A stretch of 64,000 nucleotides of DNA from Azolla caroliniana. Taxonomy: Eukaryota; Plantae; Polypodiophyta. The notes beneath the pieces are model-generated. The model did not search any database. It saw only the letters and a list, made by a program, of their open reading frames with translations, and was not told the origin of the DNA. Every line of letters starts with the position of its first letter. The stretch's first letter is position 1. The stretch lies in assembly GCA_043228905.1 (NCBI GenBank), contig JBHGNT010000042.1, forward strand, positions 62,001-126,000, read 5' to 3'. Of the stretch, positions 34,901 to 49,900 are shown one piece after another. The translations under genes were made by a program, and so were the position numbers.

Positions 34901-37900
34901 TGGCTTCTGTGATATTGGATTTCTGTGTTCAAACATGCGAATCGAAATTAACATCGGTTGCTTTAATATGGAATAAAAAAATCAAGATTTTGAAACTCAG
35001 GTCGAGAGACATGAATAAATTAGCAAATTTGAGGCGGGAGTTGACAAGAGCAACTAGGGAAATTAAAATGTTCATACCCGGTTCGTGTGATATCGGATTT
35101 TTGTGTTCAAACATGCGAATCGAAGCTAATAATTGTATCTCTAATATGGAATTAAAAAATCAGGTCGAGAGACATGAAGAAATTAGCAAATTTGAGGAGG
35201 TAGTGGAGAAGATCGCGCTAGAAAATTAAAATGTTCATACCTGGCTCGTGTGATATTGGATTTCTGTGTTTAAAAATGCGAATCGAAGCTAACAACACGA
35301 GCTCTAATATGGAATTAAAAAATCAAGATTTTGAAAGTCAGGTCGAGAGACATGAAGAAATTAGCATATTTGAGGAGGTAGTGGAGAAGAGCGCGTTAGT
35401 AAATTAAAATGTTCATAACGCTAATAACGCTATCTCTAATATGGAAATGAAAAATCAAGATTTTGAAACTCATCTCGAAAGACATGAAGAAATTAGCAAA
35501 TTTGAGGAGGTAGTGGAGAAGATCGCGTTAGTAAATTAAAATGTTCATACCTGGCTCGTGTGATATCGGATTTCTGTGTTTAAAAATGCGAATCGAAGCT
35601 AACAACGTTAGCTCTAATATGGAATTAAAAAATCACGATTTTGAAACTCACCTCGAGAGAGATGAAGAAATTAGCAAATTTGAGGAGGTAGTGGAGAAGA
35701 TCGCGCTAGTAAATTAAAATGTTCATACCTGGCTCGTGTGATATTGGATTTCTGTGTTTAAAATTGTGAATCGAAGCTAACACCGCGAGCTCTAATATGG
35801 AATTAAAAAATCAAGATTTTGAAACTCAGGTCGAGAGACACGAAGAAATTAGCATATTTGAGGAGGTAGTGGAGAAGAGCGCGTTAGTAAATTAAAATGT
35901 TCATACCTGGCTCGTGTGATATCGGATTTGTGTGTTTAAACATGCGAATCGAAGCTAACAACGCTAGCTCTGATATGGAACGAAAAAAACAAGATTTTGG
36001 AACTCAGGTCGAGAGACATGAATAAATTAGCAAATTTGAGGCGGGAGTGGACAAGAGCAACTAGGTAAATTAGAATGTTCATACCTGGCTCCTGTGATAT
36101 CGGATTTCTGTGTTCAAACATGCGAATCGAAGCTAATAACGCTAGCTCTGATATGGAATTAAAAAAAGAAGATTTTGAAACTCACCTCGAGAGAGATGAA
36201 GAAATTAGCAAATTTGAGGAGGTAGTGGAGAAGAGCGCGTTAGTAAATTAAAATGTTCATACCTGGCTCGTGTGATATCGGATTTTTATGTTTAAACATG
36301 CGAATCAAAGCTAATAATGCTATCTCTAATATAAAAATAAAAAATCAAGATTTTGAAACTCAGGTCGAGAGACATGAAGAAATTAGCAAATTTGAGGAGG
36401 CAAATTTGAGAAGATCGCGCTAGAAAATTCAAATGTTCATACCTAGCTTCTGTGACATTGGATTTCTGTGTTCAAACATGCGAATCGAAGTTAACAACGC
36501 TTGCTATAATATGGAGTAAAAAAATCAAGATTTTGAAACTCAGGTCGAGAGACATGAAGAAATTAGCATATTTGAGGAGGTAGTGGAGAAGAGCGCGTTA
36601 GTAAATTAAAATGTTCATAACGCTAATAACGCTATCTCTAATATGGAGTTAAAAAATCACGATTTTGAAACTCACCTCGAGAGAGATGAAGAAATTAGCA
36701 AATTTGAGGAGGTAGTGGAGAAGATCGCGCTAGTAAATTAAAATGTTCATACCTGGCTCGTGTGATATTGGATTTCTGTGTTTAAAATTGTGAATCGAAG
36801 CTAACACCGTGAGCTCTAATATGGAATTAAAAAATCAAGATTTTGAAACTCAGGTCGAGAGACATGAAGAAATTAGCATATTTGAGGAGGTAGTGGAGAA
36901 GAGCGCGTTAGTAAATTAAAATGTTCATACCTGGCTCGTGTGATATCGGATTTGTGTGTTTAAACATGCGAATCGAAGCTAAGAACGTTAGCTCTGATAT
37001 GGAATGAAAAAAACAAGATTTTGAAACTCAGGTCGAGAGGCATGAATAAATTAGCAAATTTGAGGCGGGAGTGGACAAGAGCAACTAGGTAAATTAAAAT
37101 GTTCATACCTGGCTCCTGTTATATCGGATTGCTGTGTTCAAACATGCGAATCGAAGCTAATAACGCTAGCTCTGATATGGAATTAAAAAATGAAGATTTT
37201 GAAACTCACCTCGAGAGAGATGAAGAAATTAGCAAATTTGAGGAGGTAGTGGAGAAGAGCGCGTTAGTAAATTAAAATGTTCATACCTGGCTCGTGTGAT
37301 ATCGGATTTTTATGTTTAAACCTGCGAATCGAAGCTAAGAATGCTATCTCTAATATGAAAATAAAAAATCAAGATTTTGAAACTCAGGTCGAGAGACATG
37401 AAGAAATTAGCAAATTTGAGGAGGGAGTTTAGAAGAGCGCGTTAGTAAATTAAAATGTTCATACCTAGCTTCTGTGACATTGGATTTCTGTGTTCAAACA
37501 TGCGAATCGAAGTTAACAACGCTTGCTATAATATGGAGTAAGAAAATCAAGATTTTGAAACTCAGGTCGAGAGACATGAATAAATTAGCAAATTTGAGGC
37601 GGGAGTGGACAAGAGCAACTAGGTAAATTAAAATGTTCATACCTGGTTCCTGTGATATCGGATTTCTGTGTTCAAACCTGCGAATCGAAGCTAATAACGC
37701 TAGCTCTGATATGAAATTAAAAAATCAAGATTTTGAAATTCACCTCGAGAGAGATGAAGAAATTAGCAAATTTGAGGAGGTAGTGGAGAAGAGCGCGTTA
37801 GTAAATTAAAATGTTCATACCTGGCTCGTGTGATATCGGATTTCTGTGTTTAAAAATGCGAATCGAAGCTAACAACGCTAGCTCTAATACGGAATTAAAA

Positions 37901-40900
37901 AATCAAGATTTTGAAAGTCAGGTCGAGAGACATGAAGAAATTAGCAAATTTGAGGAGGTAGTAGAGAAGAGCGCGTTAGTAAATTAAAATGTTCATTCCT
38001 GGCTCGTGTGATATCGGATTTCTGTGTTTAAAAATGCGAATCGAAGCTAAGAACGTTAGCTCTAGTATGGAATTAAAATATCAAAATTTTGAAACTCACC
38101 TCGAGAGAGATGAAGAAATTAGCAAATTTGAGGAGTTAGTGGAGAAGATCGCGCTAGTAAATTAAAATGTTCATACCTGGCTCATGTGATATTGGATTTC
38201 TGTGTTTAAAAATGCGAATCGAAGCTAACAACGCGAGCTCTAATATAAAATTAAAAAATCCAGATTTTGAAACTCAGGTCGAGAGACATGAAGAAATTAG
38301 CATATTTGAGGAGGTAGTGGAGAAGAGCGCGTTAGTAAATTAAAATGTTCATACCTGGGTCGTGTGATATCGGATTTCTGTGTTTAAATATGCGAATCGA
38401 AGCTAACAACGCTAGCTCTGATATGGAATGAAAAAATCAAGATTTTGAAACTCAGGTCGAGAGACATGAAGAAATTAGAAAATTTTAGGAGGGAGTTTAG
38501 AAGAGCGCGTTAGTAAATTAAAATGTTCATACCTAGCTCGTGTGATATCGGATTTTTGTGTTCAAACATGCGAATCGAAGCTAACAACACTAGCTCTAAT
38601 ACGGAATTAAAAAATCATGATTTTGAAACTCAGGTCGAGAGACATGAAGAAATTAGCAAATATGAGGCGGGAGTTGACAAGACCAAGTAGGTAAATTAAA
38701 ATGTTCATACCTGGCTCGTGTGATATCCGTTTTCTGTGTTTTAAAATGCGAATCGAAGCTAACAACGCTAGCTCTAATGTGAAATTAAAAAATCAAGATT
38801 TTGAAACTCAGGTCGAGAGACATGAAGAAATTAGCAAATTTGAGGGGGGAGTTTAGAAGGGCGCGTTAGTAAATTAAAATGTTCATACCTGGCTTCTGTG
38901 ATATTGGATTTCTGTGTTCAAACATGCGAATCGAAATTAACATCGGTTGCTTTAATATGGAATAAAAAAATCAAGATTTTGAAACTCAGGTCGAGAGACA
39001 TGAATAAATTAGCAAATTTGAGGCGGGAGTTGACAAGAGCAACTAGGGAAATTAAAATGTTCATACCCGGTTCGTGTGATATCGGATTTTTGTGTTCAAA
39101 CATGCGAATCGAAGCTAATAATTGTATCTCTAATATGGAATTAAAAAATCAGGTCGAGAGACATGAAGAAATTAGCAAATTTGAGGAGGTAGTGGAGAAG
39201 ATCGCGCTAGAAAATTAAAATGTTCATACCTGGCTCGTGTGATATTGGATTTCTGTGTTTAAAAATGCGAATCGAAGCTAACAACACGAGCTCTAATATG
39301 GAATTAAAAAATCAAGATTTTGAAAGTCAGGTCGAGAGACATGAAGAAATTAGCATATTTGAGGAGGTAGTGGAGAAGAGCGCGTTAGTAAATTAAAATG
39401 TTCATAACGCTAATAACGCTATCTCTAATATGGAAATGAAAAATCAAGATTTTAAAACTCATCTCGAAAGACATGAAGAAATTAGCAAATTTGAGGAGGT
39501 AGTGGAGAAGATCGCGTTAGTAAATTAAAATGTTCATACCTGGCTCGTGTGATATCGGATTTCTGTGTTTAAAAATGCGAATCGAAGCTAACAACGTTAG
39601 CTCTAATATGGAATTAAAAAATCACGATTTTGAAACTCACCTCGAGAGAGATGAAGAAATTAGCATATTTGAGGAGGTAGTGGAGAAGAGCGCGTTAGTA
39701 AATTAAAATGTTCATACCTGGCTCGTGTGATATCGGATTTGTGTGTTTAAACATGCGAATCGAAGCTAAGAACGTTAGCTCTGATATGGAATGAAAAAAA
39801 CAAGATTTTGAAACTCAGGTCGAGAGGCATGAATAAATTAGCAAATTTGAGGCGGGAGTGGACAAGAGCAACTAGGTAAATTAAAATGTTCATACGTGGC
39901 TCCTGTTATATCGGATTGCTGTGTTCAAACATGCGAATCGAAGCTAATAACGCTAGCTCTGATATGGAATTAAAAAATGAAGATTTTGAAACTCACCTCG
40001 AGAGAGATGAAGAAATTAGCAAATTTGAGGAGGTAGTGGAGAAGAGCGCGTTAGTAAATTAAAATGTTCATACCTGGCTCGTGTGATATGGGATTTTTAT
40101 GTTTAAACATGCGAATCGAAGCTAATAATGCTATCTCTAATATGAAAATAAAAAATCAAGATTTTGAAACTCAGGTTGAGAGACATGAACAAATTAGCAA
40201 ATTTGAGGAGGGAGTTTAGAAGAGCGCGTTAGTAAATTAAAATGTTCATACCTAGCTTCTGTGACATTGGATTTCTGTGTTCAAACATGCGAATCGAAGT
40301 TAACAACGCTAGCTCTGATATGGAATGAAAAAATCAAGATTTTGAAACTCAGGTCGAGAGACATGAATAAATTAGCAAATTTGAGGCAGCAGTGGACAAG
40401 AGCAACTAGGTAAATTAAAATGTTCATACCTGGCTCCTGTGATATCGGATTTCTGTGTTCAAACCTGCGAATCGAAGCTAATAACGCTAGCTCTGATATG
40501 GAATTAAAAAATCAAGATTTTGAAATTCACCTCGAAAGAGATGAAGAAATTAGCAAATTTCAGGAGGTAGTGGAGAAGAGCGCGTTAGTAAATTAAAATG
40601 TTCATACCTGGCTCGTGTGATATCGGATTTCTGTGTTTAAAAATGCGAATCGAAGCTAACAACGCTAGCTCTAATACGGAATTTAAAAGTCAAGATTTTG
40701 AAAGTCAGGTCGAGAGACATGAAGAAATTAGCAAATTTGAGGAGGTAGTAGAGAAGAGCGCGTTAGTAAATTAAAATGTTCATACCTGGCTCGTGTGATA
40801 TCGGATTTCTGTGTTTAAAAATGCGAATCGAAGGTAAGAACGTTAGCTCTAGTATGGAATTAAAAAATCAAGATTTTGAAACTCACCTCGAGAGAGATGA

Positions 40901-43900
40901 AGAAATTAGCAAATTTGAGGAGGTAGTGGAGAAGATCGCGCTAGTAAATTAAAATGTTCATACCTGGCTCGTGTGATATTGGATTTCTGTGTTTAAAAAT
41001 GCGAATCGAAGCTAACAACGCGAGCTCTAATATGAAATTAAAAAATCAAGATTATGAAACTCAGGTCGAGAGACATGAAGAAATTAGCATATTTGAGGAG
41101 GTAGTGGAGAAGAGCGCGTTAGTAAATTAAAATGTTCATACCTGGCTCGTGTGATATCGGATTTCTGTGTTTAAACATGCGAATCGAAGCTAACAACGCT
41201 AGCTCTGATATGGAATGAAAAAATCAAGATTTTGAAACTCAGGTCGAGAGACATGAATAAATTAGCAAATTTGAGGCGGGAGTGGACAAGAGCAACTAGG
41301 TAAATTAAAATGTTCATACCTGGCTCTTGTGATATCGGATTTCTGTGTTCAAACATGCGAATCGAAGCTAATAACGCTAGCTCTAATATGGAATTAAAAA
41401 AAGAAGATTTTGAAACTCACCTCGAGAGACATGAAGAAATTAGCATATTTGAGGTGGTAGTGGAGAAGAGCGCGTTAGTAAATTAAAATGTTCATACCTG
41501 GCTCGTGTGATATCGGATTTCTGTGTTCAAACATGCGAATCGAAGATAACAATGCTAGCTCTCATATGGAATAAAAAAATCAAAATTTTAAATTCAGGTC
41601 GAGAGACATGAAGAAATTAGCAAATTTGAGGAGGTAGTGGAGAAAAGCGCGTTAGTAAATTAAAATGTTCATACCTGGCTCGTGTGATATCGGATTTCTG
41701 TGTTCAAACATGCGAATCGAAGCTAACAACGCTAGCTATGATATGGAATTAAAAAATCAAGATTTCGTAACTCAGGTCGAAAGACATGAAGAAATTAGCA
41801 AATTTAAGGACGAAGTGGAGAAGAGCGCGTTAGTAAATTAAAATGTTCATATCTGGCTCGTGTGATATCGGATTTCTGTATTCAAACATGCGAATCGAAG
41901 CTAACAACGCTAGCTATGATATGGAATTAAAAAATCAAAAATTTGAAACTCAGGTCGAGAGACATGAAGAAATTAGAAAATTTTAGGAGGGATTTTAGAA
42001 GAGCGCGTTAGTAAATTAAAATGTTCATACCTGGCTTCTGTGATATTGAATTTCTGTGTTCAAACATGCGAATCGAAGCTAACAACGCTTGGTATAATAT
42101 GGTATTAAAAAATCAAGATTTTGAAACTCAGGTTGAGAGACATGAAGAAATTAGCAAATTTGAGGCGGGAGTTGACAAGACCAAGTAGGTAAATTAAAAT
42201 GTTCATACCTGGCTCGTGTGATATCCGATTTCTGTGTTTAAAAATGCGAATCGAAGCTAACAATGCTAGCTCTAATATGGAATTAAAAAATCGAGATTTT
42301 GAAACTCAGATCGAGAGACATGACGAAATCAGCAAACATGAGGAGGGAGTTTAGAAGAGGATGTTAGTAAATTAAAATGCTCATACCTGGCTTCTTAGAT
42401 ATTGGATATCTGTGTTCAGACATGCGAATCGAAGTTAACAACGCTTGCTATAACATAGAATAAAAAAATCAAGATTTTGAAACTCAGGTCGAGAGACATG
42501 AATAAATTAGGAAATTTGAGGCGGGAGTTGACAAGAGCAACTAGGTAAATTAAAATGTTCATACCTGGCTCCTGTGATATCGGATTTCTGTGTTCAAACA
42601 TGCAAATCGAAGCTAATAACGCTATCTCAAATATGGAATTAAAAAATCAAGATTTTGAAAATCAGGTCGAGAGACATGAAGAAATTAGCAAATTTGAGGA
42701 GGTAGTGGAGAAGAGCGCATTAGTAAATTGAAGTGTTCATACCTGGCTCGTGTGATATTGGATTTCTGTGTTTAAACATGCGAATCGAAGCTAATAACGC
42801 TATCTCTAATATGGAATAAAGAAATCAAGATTTTGAAACTCACCTCGCGAGAGATGAAGAAATTAGCATATTTGAGGAGGTAGTGGACAAGAGCGCGTTA
42901 GTAAATTAAAAGGTTCATACCTGGCTCGTGTGATATCGGATTTCTGTGTTTAAACATGCGAATCGAAGCTAACAACGCTAGCTCTGATATGGAATTACAA
43001 AATCTAAATTTTGAAATTCAGGTCGAGAGACATGAATAAATTAGCAAATTTGAGGCGGTTTAGGGTTTAGGGAGTATAGAAGAGGGCGTTAGTAAATTAA
43101 AATGCTCATACCTGGCTTCTGTGATATTGGATTTCTGTGTTCAGACATGCAAATCGAAGTTAACAACGCTTGCTATAATATGGAATAAAAAAATCAAGAT
43201 TTTGAAACTCAGGTCGAGAGACATGAATAAATTAGCAAATTTGAGGCGGTAGTTGACAAGAGCAACTAGGTAAATTAAAATGTTCATACCTGGCTCCTGT
43301 GATATCGGATTTCTGTGTTCAAACATGCGAATCGAAGCTAATAACACTATCTCTAATATGGAATAAAAAAATCAAGATTTTGAAAGTCAGGTCGAGAGAC
43401 ATGAATAAATTAGCAAATTTGAGGCGGGAGTTGACAAGAGCAACTAGGGAAATTAAAATGTTCATACCTGGTTCGTGTGATATCGGATTTTTGTGTTGAA
43501 ACATGCGAATCGAAGCTAATAACGCTATCTCTAATATGGAATAAAAAAATCAAGATTTTGAAACTCAGATCGAGTGACATGAAGAAATTAGCAAATTTGA
43601 GGCGGGAGTTGACAAGAGCAACTAGGTAAATTAAAATGTTCATACCTGGCTCCTGTGATATCGGATTTCTGTGTTCAAACATGCGAATCGAAGCTAATAA
43701 CGCTATCTCTAATATGGAATTAAAAAATCAAGATTTTGAAATTCAGGTCGACAGACATGAAGAAATTAGCAAATTTGAGGAGGTAGTGGAGAAGATCGCG
43801 TTAGAAAATTAAAATCTTCGTACCTGGCTCGTGTGATATCGGATTTCTGTATTTAAACATGCGAATCGAAGCTAATAACGCTATCTCTAATATGGAACAA

Positions 43901-46900
43901 AAAAATCAAGATTTTGAAACTCAGGTCGAGAGACATGAATAAATTAGCAAATTTGAGGCGGGAGTTGACAAGAGCAAGTAGGTAAATTTAAATTTTCATA
44001 CCTGGCGATTGTGATATCGGATTTCTGTGTTCAAACATGCGAATCGAAGCTAATAACGCTACCTCTAATATGGAATTAAAAAATCAAGATTTTGAAACTC
44101 AGGTCTAGAGACATGAAGAAATTAGCATATTTGAGGAGGTAGTGAAGAAGAGCGCGTTAGTAAATTAAAATGTTCATACCTGGCTCCTGTGATATCCGAT
44201 TTCTGTGTTTAAACATGCGAATCGAAGCTAATAACGCTATCTCTAATATGGAATGAAAAAATCAAGATTTTGAAACTCAGGTCGAGAGACATGAAGAAAT
44301 TAGCATATTTGAGGAGGTAGTGGAGAAGAGCGCGTTAGTAAATTGAAATGTTCATACCTGGCTCGTGTGATATCGGATTTCTGTGTTTAAACATGCGAAT
44401 CGAAGCTAACAACGCTAGCTCTAATATGGAATTAAAAAATCAAGATTTTGAAACTCAGGTCGAGAGACATGAATAAATTAGCAAATTTGAGGCGGGAGTT
44501 GACAAGAGCAAGTAGGTAAATTTAAATTTTCATACCTGGCGACTGTGATATCGGATTTCTGTGTTCAAACATGGGAATCGAAGCTAATAACGCTATCTCT
44601 AATATGGAATTAAAAAATCAAGATTTTGAAACTCAGGTCTAGAGACATGAATAAATTAGTATATTTGAGGAGGTAGTGAAGAAGAGCAACTAGGTAAATT
44701 AAAATGTTCATACCTGGCTCCTGTGATATCGGATATCTGTGTTTAAACATGCGAATCGAAGCTAATAACGCTATTTCTAATATGGAATTAAAAAATCAAG
44801 ATTTTGAAACTCAGGTCGAGAGACATGAATAAATTAGCAAATTTGAGGCGGGAGTTGACAAGAGCAACTAGGTAAATTAAAATGTTCATACCTGGCTCCT
44901 GTGATATCGGATTTCTGTGTTCAAAAATGCGAATCGAAGCTAATAACGCTATCTCTAATATGGAATTAAAAAATCAAGATTTTGAAACTCAGGTCGACAG
45001 ACATGAAGAAATTAGCAAATTTGAGTAGGTAGTGGAGAAGATCGCGTTAGTAAATTAAAATGTTCATACCTGGCTCGTGTGATATCCGATTTTTGTGTTG
45101 AAACATGCGAATCGAAGCTAATAACGCTATCTCTAATATGGAATAAAAAAATCAAGATTTTGAAACTCAGGTTGAGAGACATGAAGAAATTAGCATATTT
45201 GAGGAGGTAGTGGAGAAGAGCGCGTTAGTAAATTGAAATGTTCATACCTGGCGACTGTGATATCGGATTTCTGTGTTTAAACATGCGAATCGAAGCTAAC
45301 AACGCTAGCTCTAATATGGAATTAAAAAATATAGATTTTGAAACTCAGGTCGAGAGACATGAAGAAATTAGCAAATTTGAGGCTGGAGTTGACAAGAACA
45401 AGTAGGTAAATTAAAAAGTTCATACTTGGCTCGTGTGATATCCGATTTCTGTGTTTAAACATGCGAATCGAAGCTAACAACGCTAGCTCTAATATGGAAG
45501 GAAAAAATCAAGATTTTGAAACTCAGGTTGACAGACATGAAGAAATTAGCAAATGTGAGGAGGGAGTTTAGAAGAGCAAGTAGGTAAATTAAAATGTTCA
45601 TATCTGGCTCGTGTGATATCGGATTTTTGTGTTTAAACATGCGAATCGAAGCTAACAACGCTAGCTCTAATATGGAATTAAAAAATCAAGATTTTGAAAC
45701 GCAGGTCGAGAGACATCAAGAAATTAGCAAATTTGAGGAGGTAGTGAGAAGAGCGCGTTAGTAAATTAAAATGTTCATACCTGGCTCGTGTGATATCGGA
45801 TTTCTGTGTTCAAACATGCGAATCGAAGATAACAATGCTGGCTCTGATATGGAAGGAAAAAATCAAGATTTTGGAACTCAGGTTGACAGACATGAAGAAA
45901 TTAGCAAATATGAGGAGGGAGTTTAGAAGAGCAAGTAGGTAAATTAAAATGTTCATATCTGGCTCGTGTGATATCGGATTTTTGTGTTTAAACATGCGAA
46001 TCGAAGCTAACAACGCTAGCTCTAATATGGAATTAAAAAATCAAGATTTTGAAACGCAGGTCGAGAGACATGAAGAAATTAGCAAATTTGAGGAGGTAGT
46101 GGAGAAGAGCGCGTTAGTAAATTAAAATGTTCATACGTGGCTCGTGTGATATCGGATTTTTATGTTTAAGCATGCGAATCGAAGCTAATAACGCTATCTC
46201 TGATATGAAATTAAAAAATCAAGATTTTGAAACTCAGGTCGAGAGACATGAAGAAATTAGCAAATTTGAGGGGGGAGTTTAGAAGGGCGCGTTAGTAAAT
46301 TAAAATGTTCATACCTGGCTTCTGTGATATTGGATTTCTGTGTTCAAACATGCGAATCGAAATTAACATCGGTTGCTTTAATATGGAATAAAAAAATCAA
46401 GATTTTGAAACTCAGGTCGAGAGACATGAATAAATTAGCAAATTTGAGGCGGGAGTTGACAAAAGCAACTAGGGAAATTAAAATGTTCATACCTGGTTCG
46501 TGTGATATCGGATTTTTGTGTTCAAACATGCGAATCGAAGCTAATATTTGTATCTCTAATATGTAATTAAAAAATCAGGTCGAGAGACATGAAGAAATTA
46601 GCAAATTTGAGGAGGTAGTGGAGAAGATCGCGCTAGAAAATTAAAATGTTCATACCTGGCTCGTGTGATATTGGATTTCTGTGTTTAAAAATGCGAATCG
46701 AAGCTAACAACACGAGCTCTAATATGGAATTAAAAAATCAAGATTTTGAAAGTCAGGTCGAGAGACATGAAGAAATTAGCATATTTGAGGAGGTAGTGGA
46801 GAAGAGCGCGTTAGTAAATTAAAATGTTCATAACGCTAATAACGCTATCTCTAATATGGAAATGAAAAATCAAGATTTTGAAACTCATCTCGAAAGACAT

Positions 46901-49900
46901 GAAGAAATTAGCAAATTTGAGGAGGTAGTGGAGAAGATCGCGTTAGTAAATTAAAATGTTCATACCTGGCTCGTGTGATATCGGATTTCTGTGTTTAAAA
47001 ATGCGAATCGAAGCTAACAACGTTAGCTCTAATATGGAGTTAAAAAATCACGATTTTGAAACTCACCTCGACAGAGATGAAGAAATTAGCAAATTTGAGG
47101 AGGTAGTGGACAAGATCGCGCTAGTAAATTAAAATGTTCATACCTGGCTCGTGTGATATTGGATTTCTGTGTTTAAAATTGTGAATCGAAGCTAACACCG
47201 TGAGCTCTAATATGGAATTAAAAAATCAAGATTTTGAAACTCAGGTCGAGAGACATGAAGAAATTAGCATATTTGAGGAGGTAGTGGAGAAGAGTGCGTT
47301 AGTAAATTAAAATGTTCATACCTGGCTCGTGTGATATCGGATTTGTGTGTTTAAACATGCGAATCAAAGCTAAGAACGTTAGCTCTGATATGGAATGAAA
47401 AAAACAAGATTTTGAAACTCAGGTCGAGAGGCATGAATAAATTAGCAAATTTGAGGCGGGAGTGGACAAGAGCAACTAGGTAAATTAAAATGTTCATACC
47501 TGGCTCCTGTTATATCGGATTGCTGTGTTCAAACATGCGAATCGAAGCTAATAACGCTAGCTCTGATATGGAATTAAAAAATGAAGATTTTGAAACTCAC
47601 CTCGAGAGAGATGAAGAAATTAGCAAATTTGAGGAGGTAGTGGAGAAGAGCGCGTTAGTAAATTAAAATGTTCATACCTGGCTCGTGTGATATCGGATTT
47701 TTATGTTTAAACATGCGAATCGAAGCTAATAATGCTATCTCTAATATGAAAATAAAAAATCAAGATTTTGAAACTCAGGTCGAGAGACATGAAGAAATTA
47801 GCAAATTTGAGGAGGGAGTTTAGAAGAGCGCGTTAGTAAATTAAAATGTTCATACCTAGCTTCTGTGACATTGGATTTCTGTGTTCAAACATGCGAATCG
47901 AAGTTAACAACGCTTGCTATAATATGGAGTAAGAAAATCAAGATTTTGAAACTCAGGTCGAGAGACATGAATAAATTAGCAAATTTGAGGCGGGAGTGGA
48001 CAAGAGCAACTAGGTAAATTAAAATGTTCATACCTGGCTCCTGTGATATCGGATTTCTGTGTTCAAACCTGCGAATCGAAGCTAATAACGCTAGCTCTGA
48101 TATGGAATTAAAAAATCAAGATTTTGAAATTCACCTCGAGAGAGATGAAGAAATTAGCAAATTTGAGGAGGTAGTGGAGAAGAGCGCGTTAGTAAATTAA
48201 AATGTTCATACCTGGCTCGTGTGATATCGGATTTCTGTGTTTAAAAATGCGAATCGAAGCTAACAACGATAGCTCTAATACGGAATTAAAAAATCAAGAT
48301 TTTGAAAGTCAGGTCGAGAGACATGAAGAAATTAGCAAATTTGAGGAGGTAGTAGAGAAGAGCGCCTTAGTAAATTAAAATGTTCATACCTGGCTCGTGT
48401 GATATCGGATTTCTGTGTTTCAAAATGCGAATCGAAGCTAAGAACGTTAGCTCTAGTATGGAATTAAAAAATCAAGATTTTGAAACTCACCTCGAGAGAG
48501 ATGAAGAAATTAGCAAATTTGAGGAGGTAGTGGAGAAGATCGCGCTAGTAAATTAAAATGTTCATACCTGGCTCATGTGATATTGGATTTCTGTGTTTAA
48601 AAATGCGAATCGAAGCTAACAACGCGAGCTCTAATATGAAATTCAAAAATCAAGATTTTGAAACTCAGGTCGAGAGACATGAAGAAATTAGCATATTTGA
48701 GGAGGTAGTGGAGAAGAGCGCGTTAGTAAATTAAAATGTTCATACCTGGGTCGTGTGATATCGGATTTCTGTGTTTAAACATGCGAATCGAAGCTAACAA
48801 CGCTAGCTCTGATATGGAATGAAAAAATCAAGATTTTGAAACTCAGGTCGAGAGACATGAAGAAATTAGAAAATTTTAGGAGGGAGTTTAGAAGAGCGCG
48901 TTAGTAAATTAAAATGTTCATACCTGGCTCGTGTGATATCGGATTTTTGTGTTCAAACATGCGAATCGAAGCTAACAACGCTAGCTCTAATACGGAATTA
49001 AAAATCATGATTTTGAAACTCAGTTCGAGAGACATGAAGAAATTAGCAAATATGAGGCGGGAGTTGACAAGACCAAGTAGGTAAATTAAAATGTTCATAC
49101 CTGGCTCGTGTGATATCCGATTTCTGTGTTTTAAAATGCGAATCGAAGCTAACAACGCTAGCTCTAATATGAAATTAAAAAATCAAGATTTTGAAACTCA
49201 GGTCGAGAGACATGAAGAAATTAGCAAATTTGAGGGGGGAGTTTAGAAGGGCGCGTTAGTAAATTAAAATGTTCATACCTGGCTTCTGTGATATTGGATT
49301 TCTGTGTTCAAACATGCGAATCGAAATTAACATCGGTTGCTTTAATATGGAATAAAAAAATCAAGATTTTGAAACTCAGGTCGAGAGACATGAATAAATT
49401 AGCAAATTTGAGGCGGGAGTTGACAAGAGCAACTAGGGAAATTAAAATGTTCATACCCGGTTCGTGTGATATCGGATTTTTGTGTTCAAACATGCGAATC
49501 GAAGCTAATAATTGTATCTCTAATATGGAATTAAAAAATCAGGTCGAGAGACATGAAGAAATTAGCAAATTTGAGGAGGTAGTGGAGAAGATCGCGCTAG
49601 AAAATTAAAATGTTCATACCTGGCTCGTGTGATATTGGATTTCTGTGTTTAAAAATGCGAATCGAAGCTAACAACACGAGCTCTAATATGGAATTAAAAA
49701 ATCAAGATTTTGAAAGTCAGGTCGAGAGACATGAAGAAATTAGCATATTTGAGGAGGTAGTGGAGAAGAGCGCGTTAGTAAATTAAAATGTTCATAACGC
49801 TAATAACGCTATCTCTAATATGGAAATGAAAAATCAAGATTTTGAAACTCATCTCGAAAGACATGAAGAAATTAGCAAATTTGAGGAGGTAGTGGAGAAG

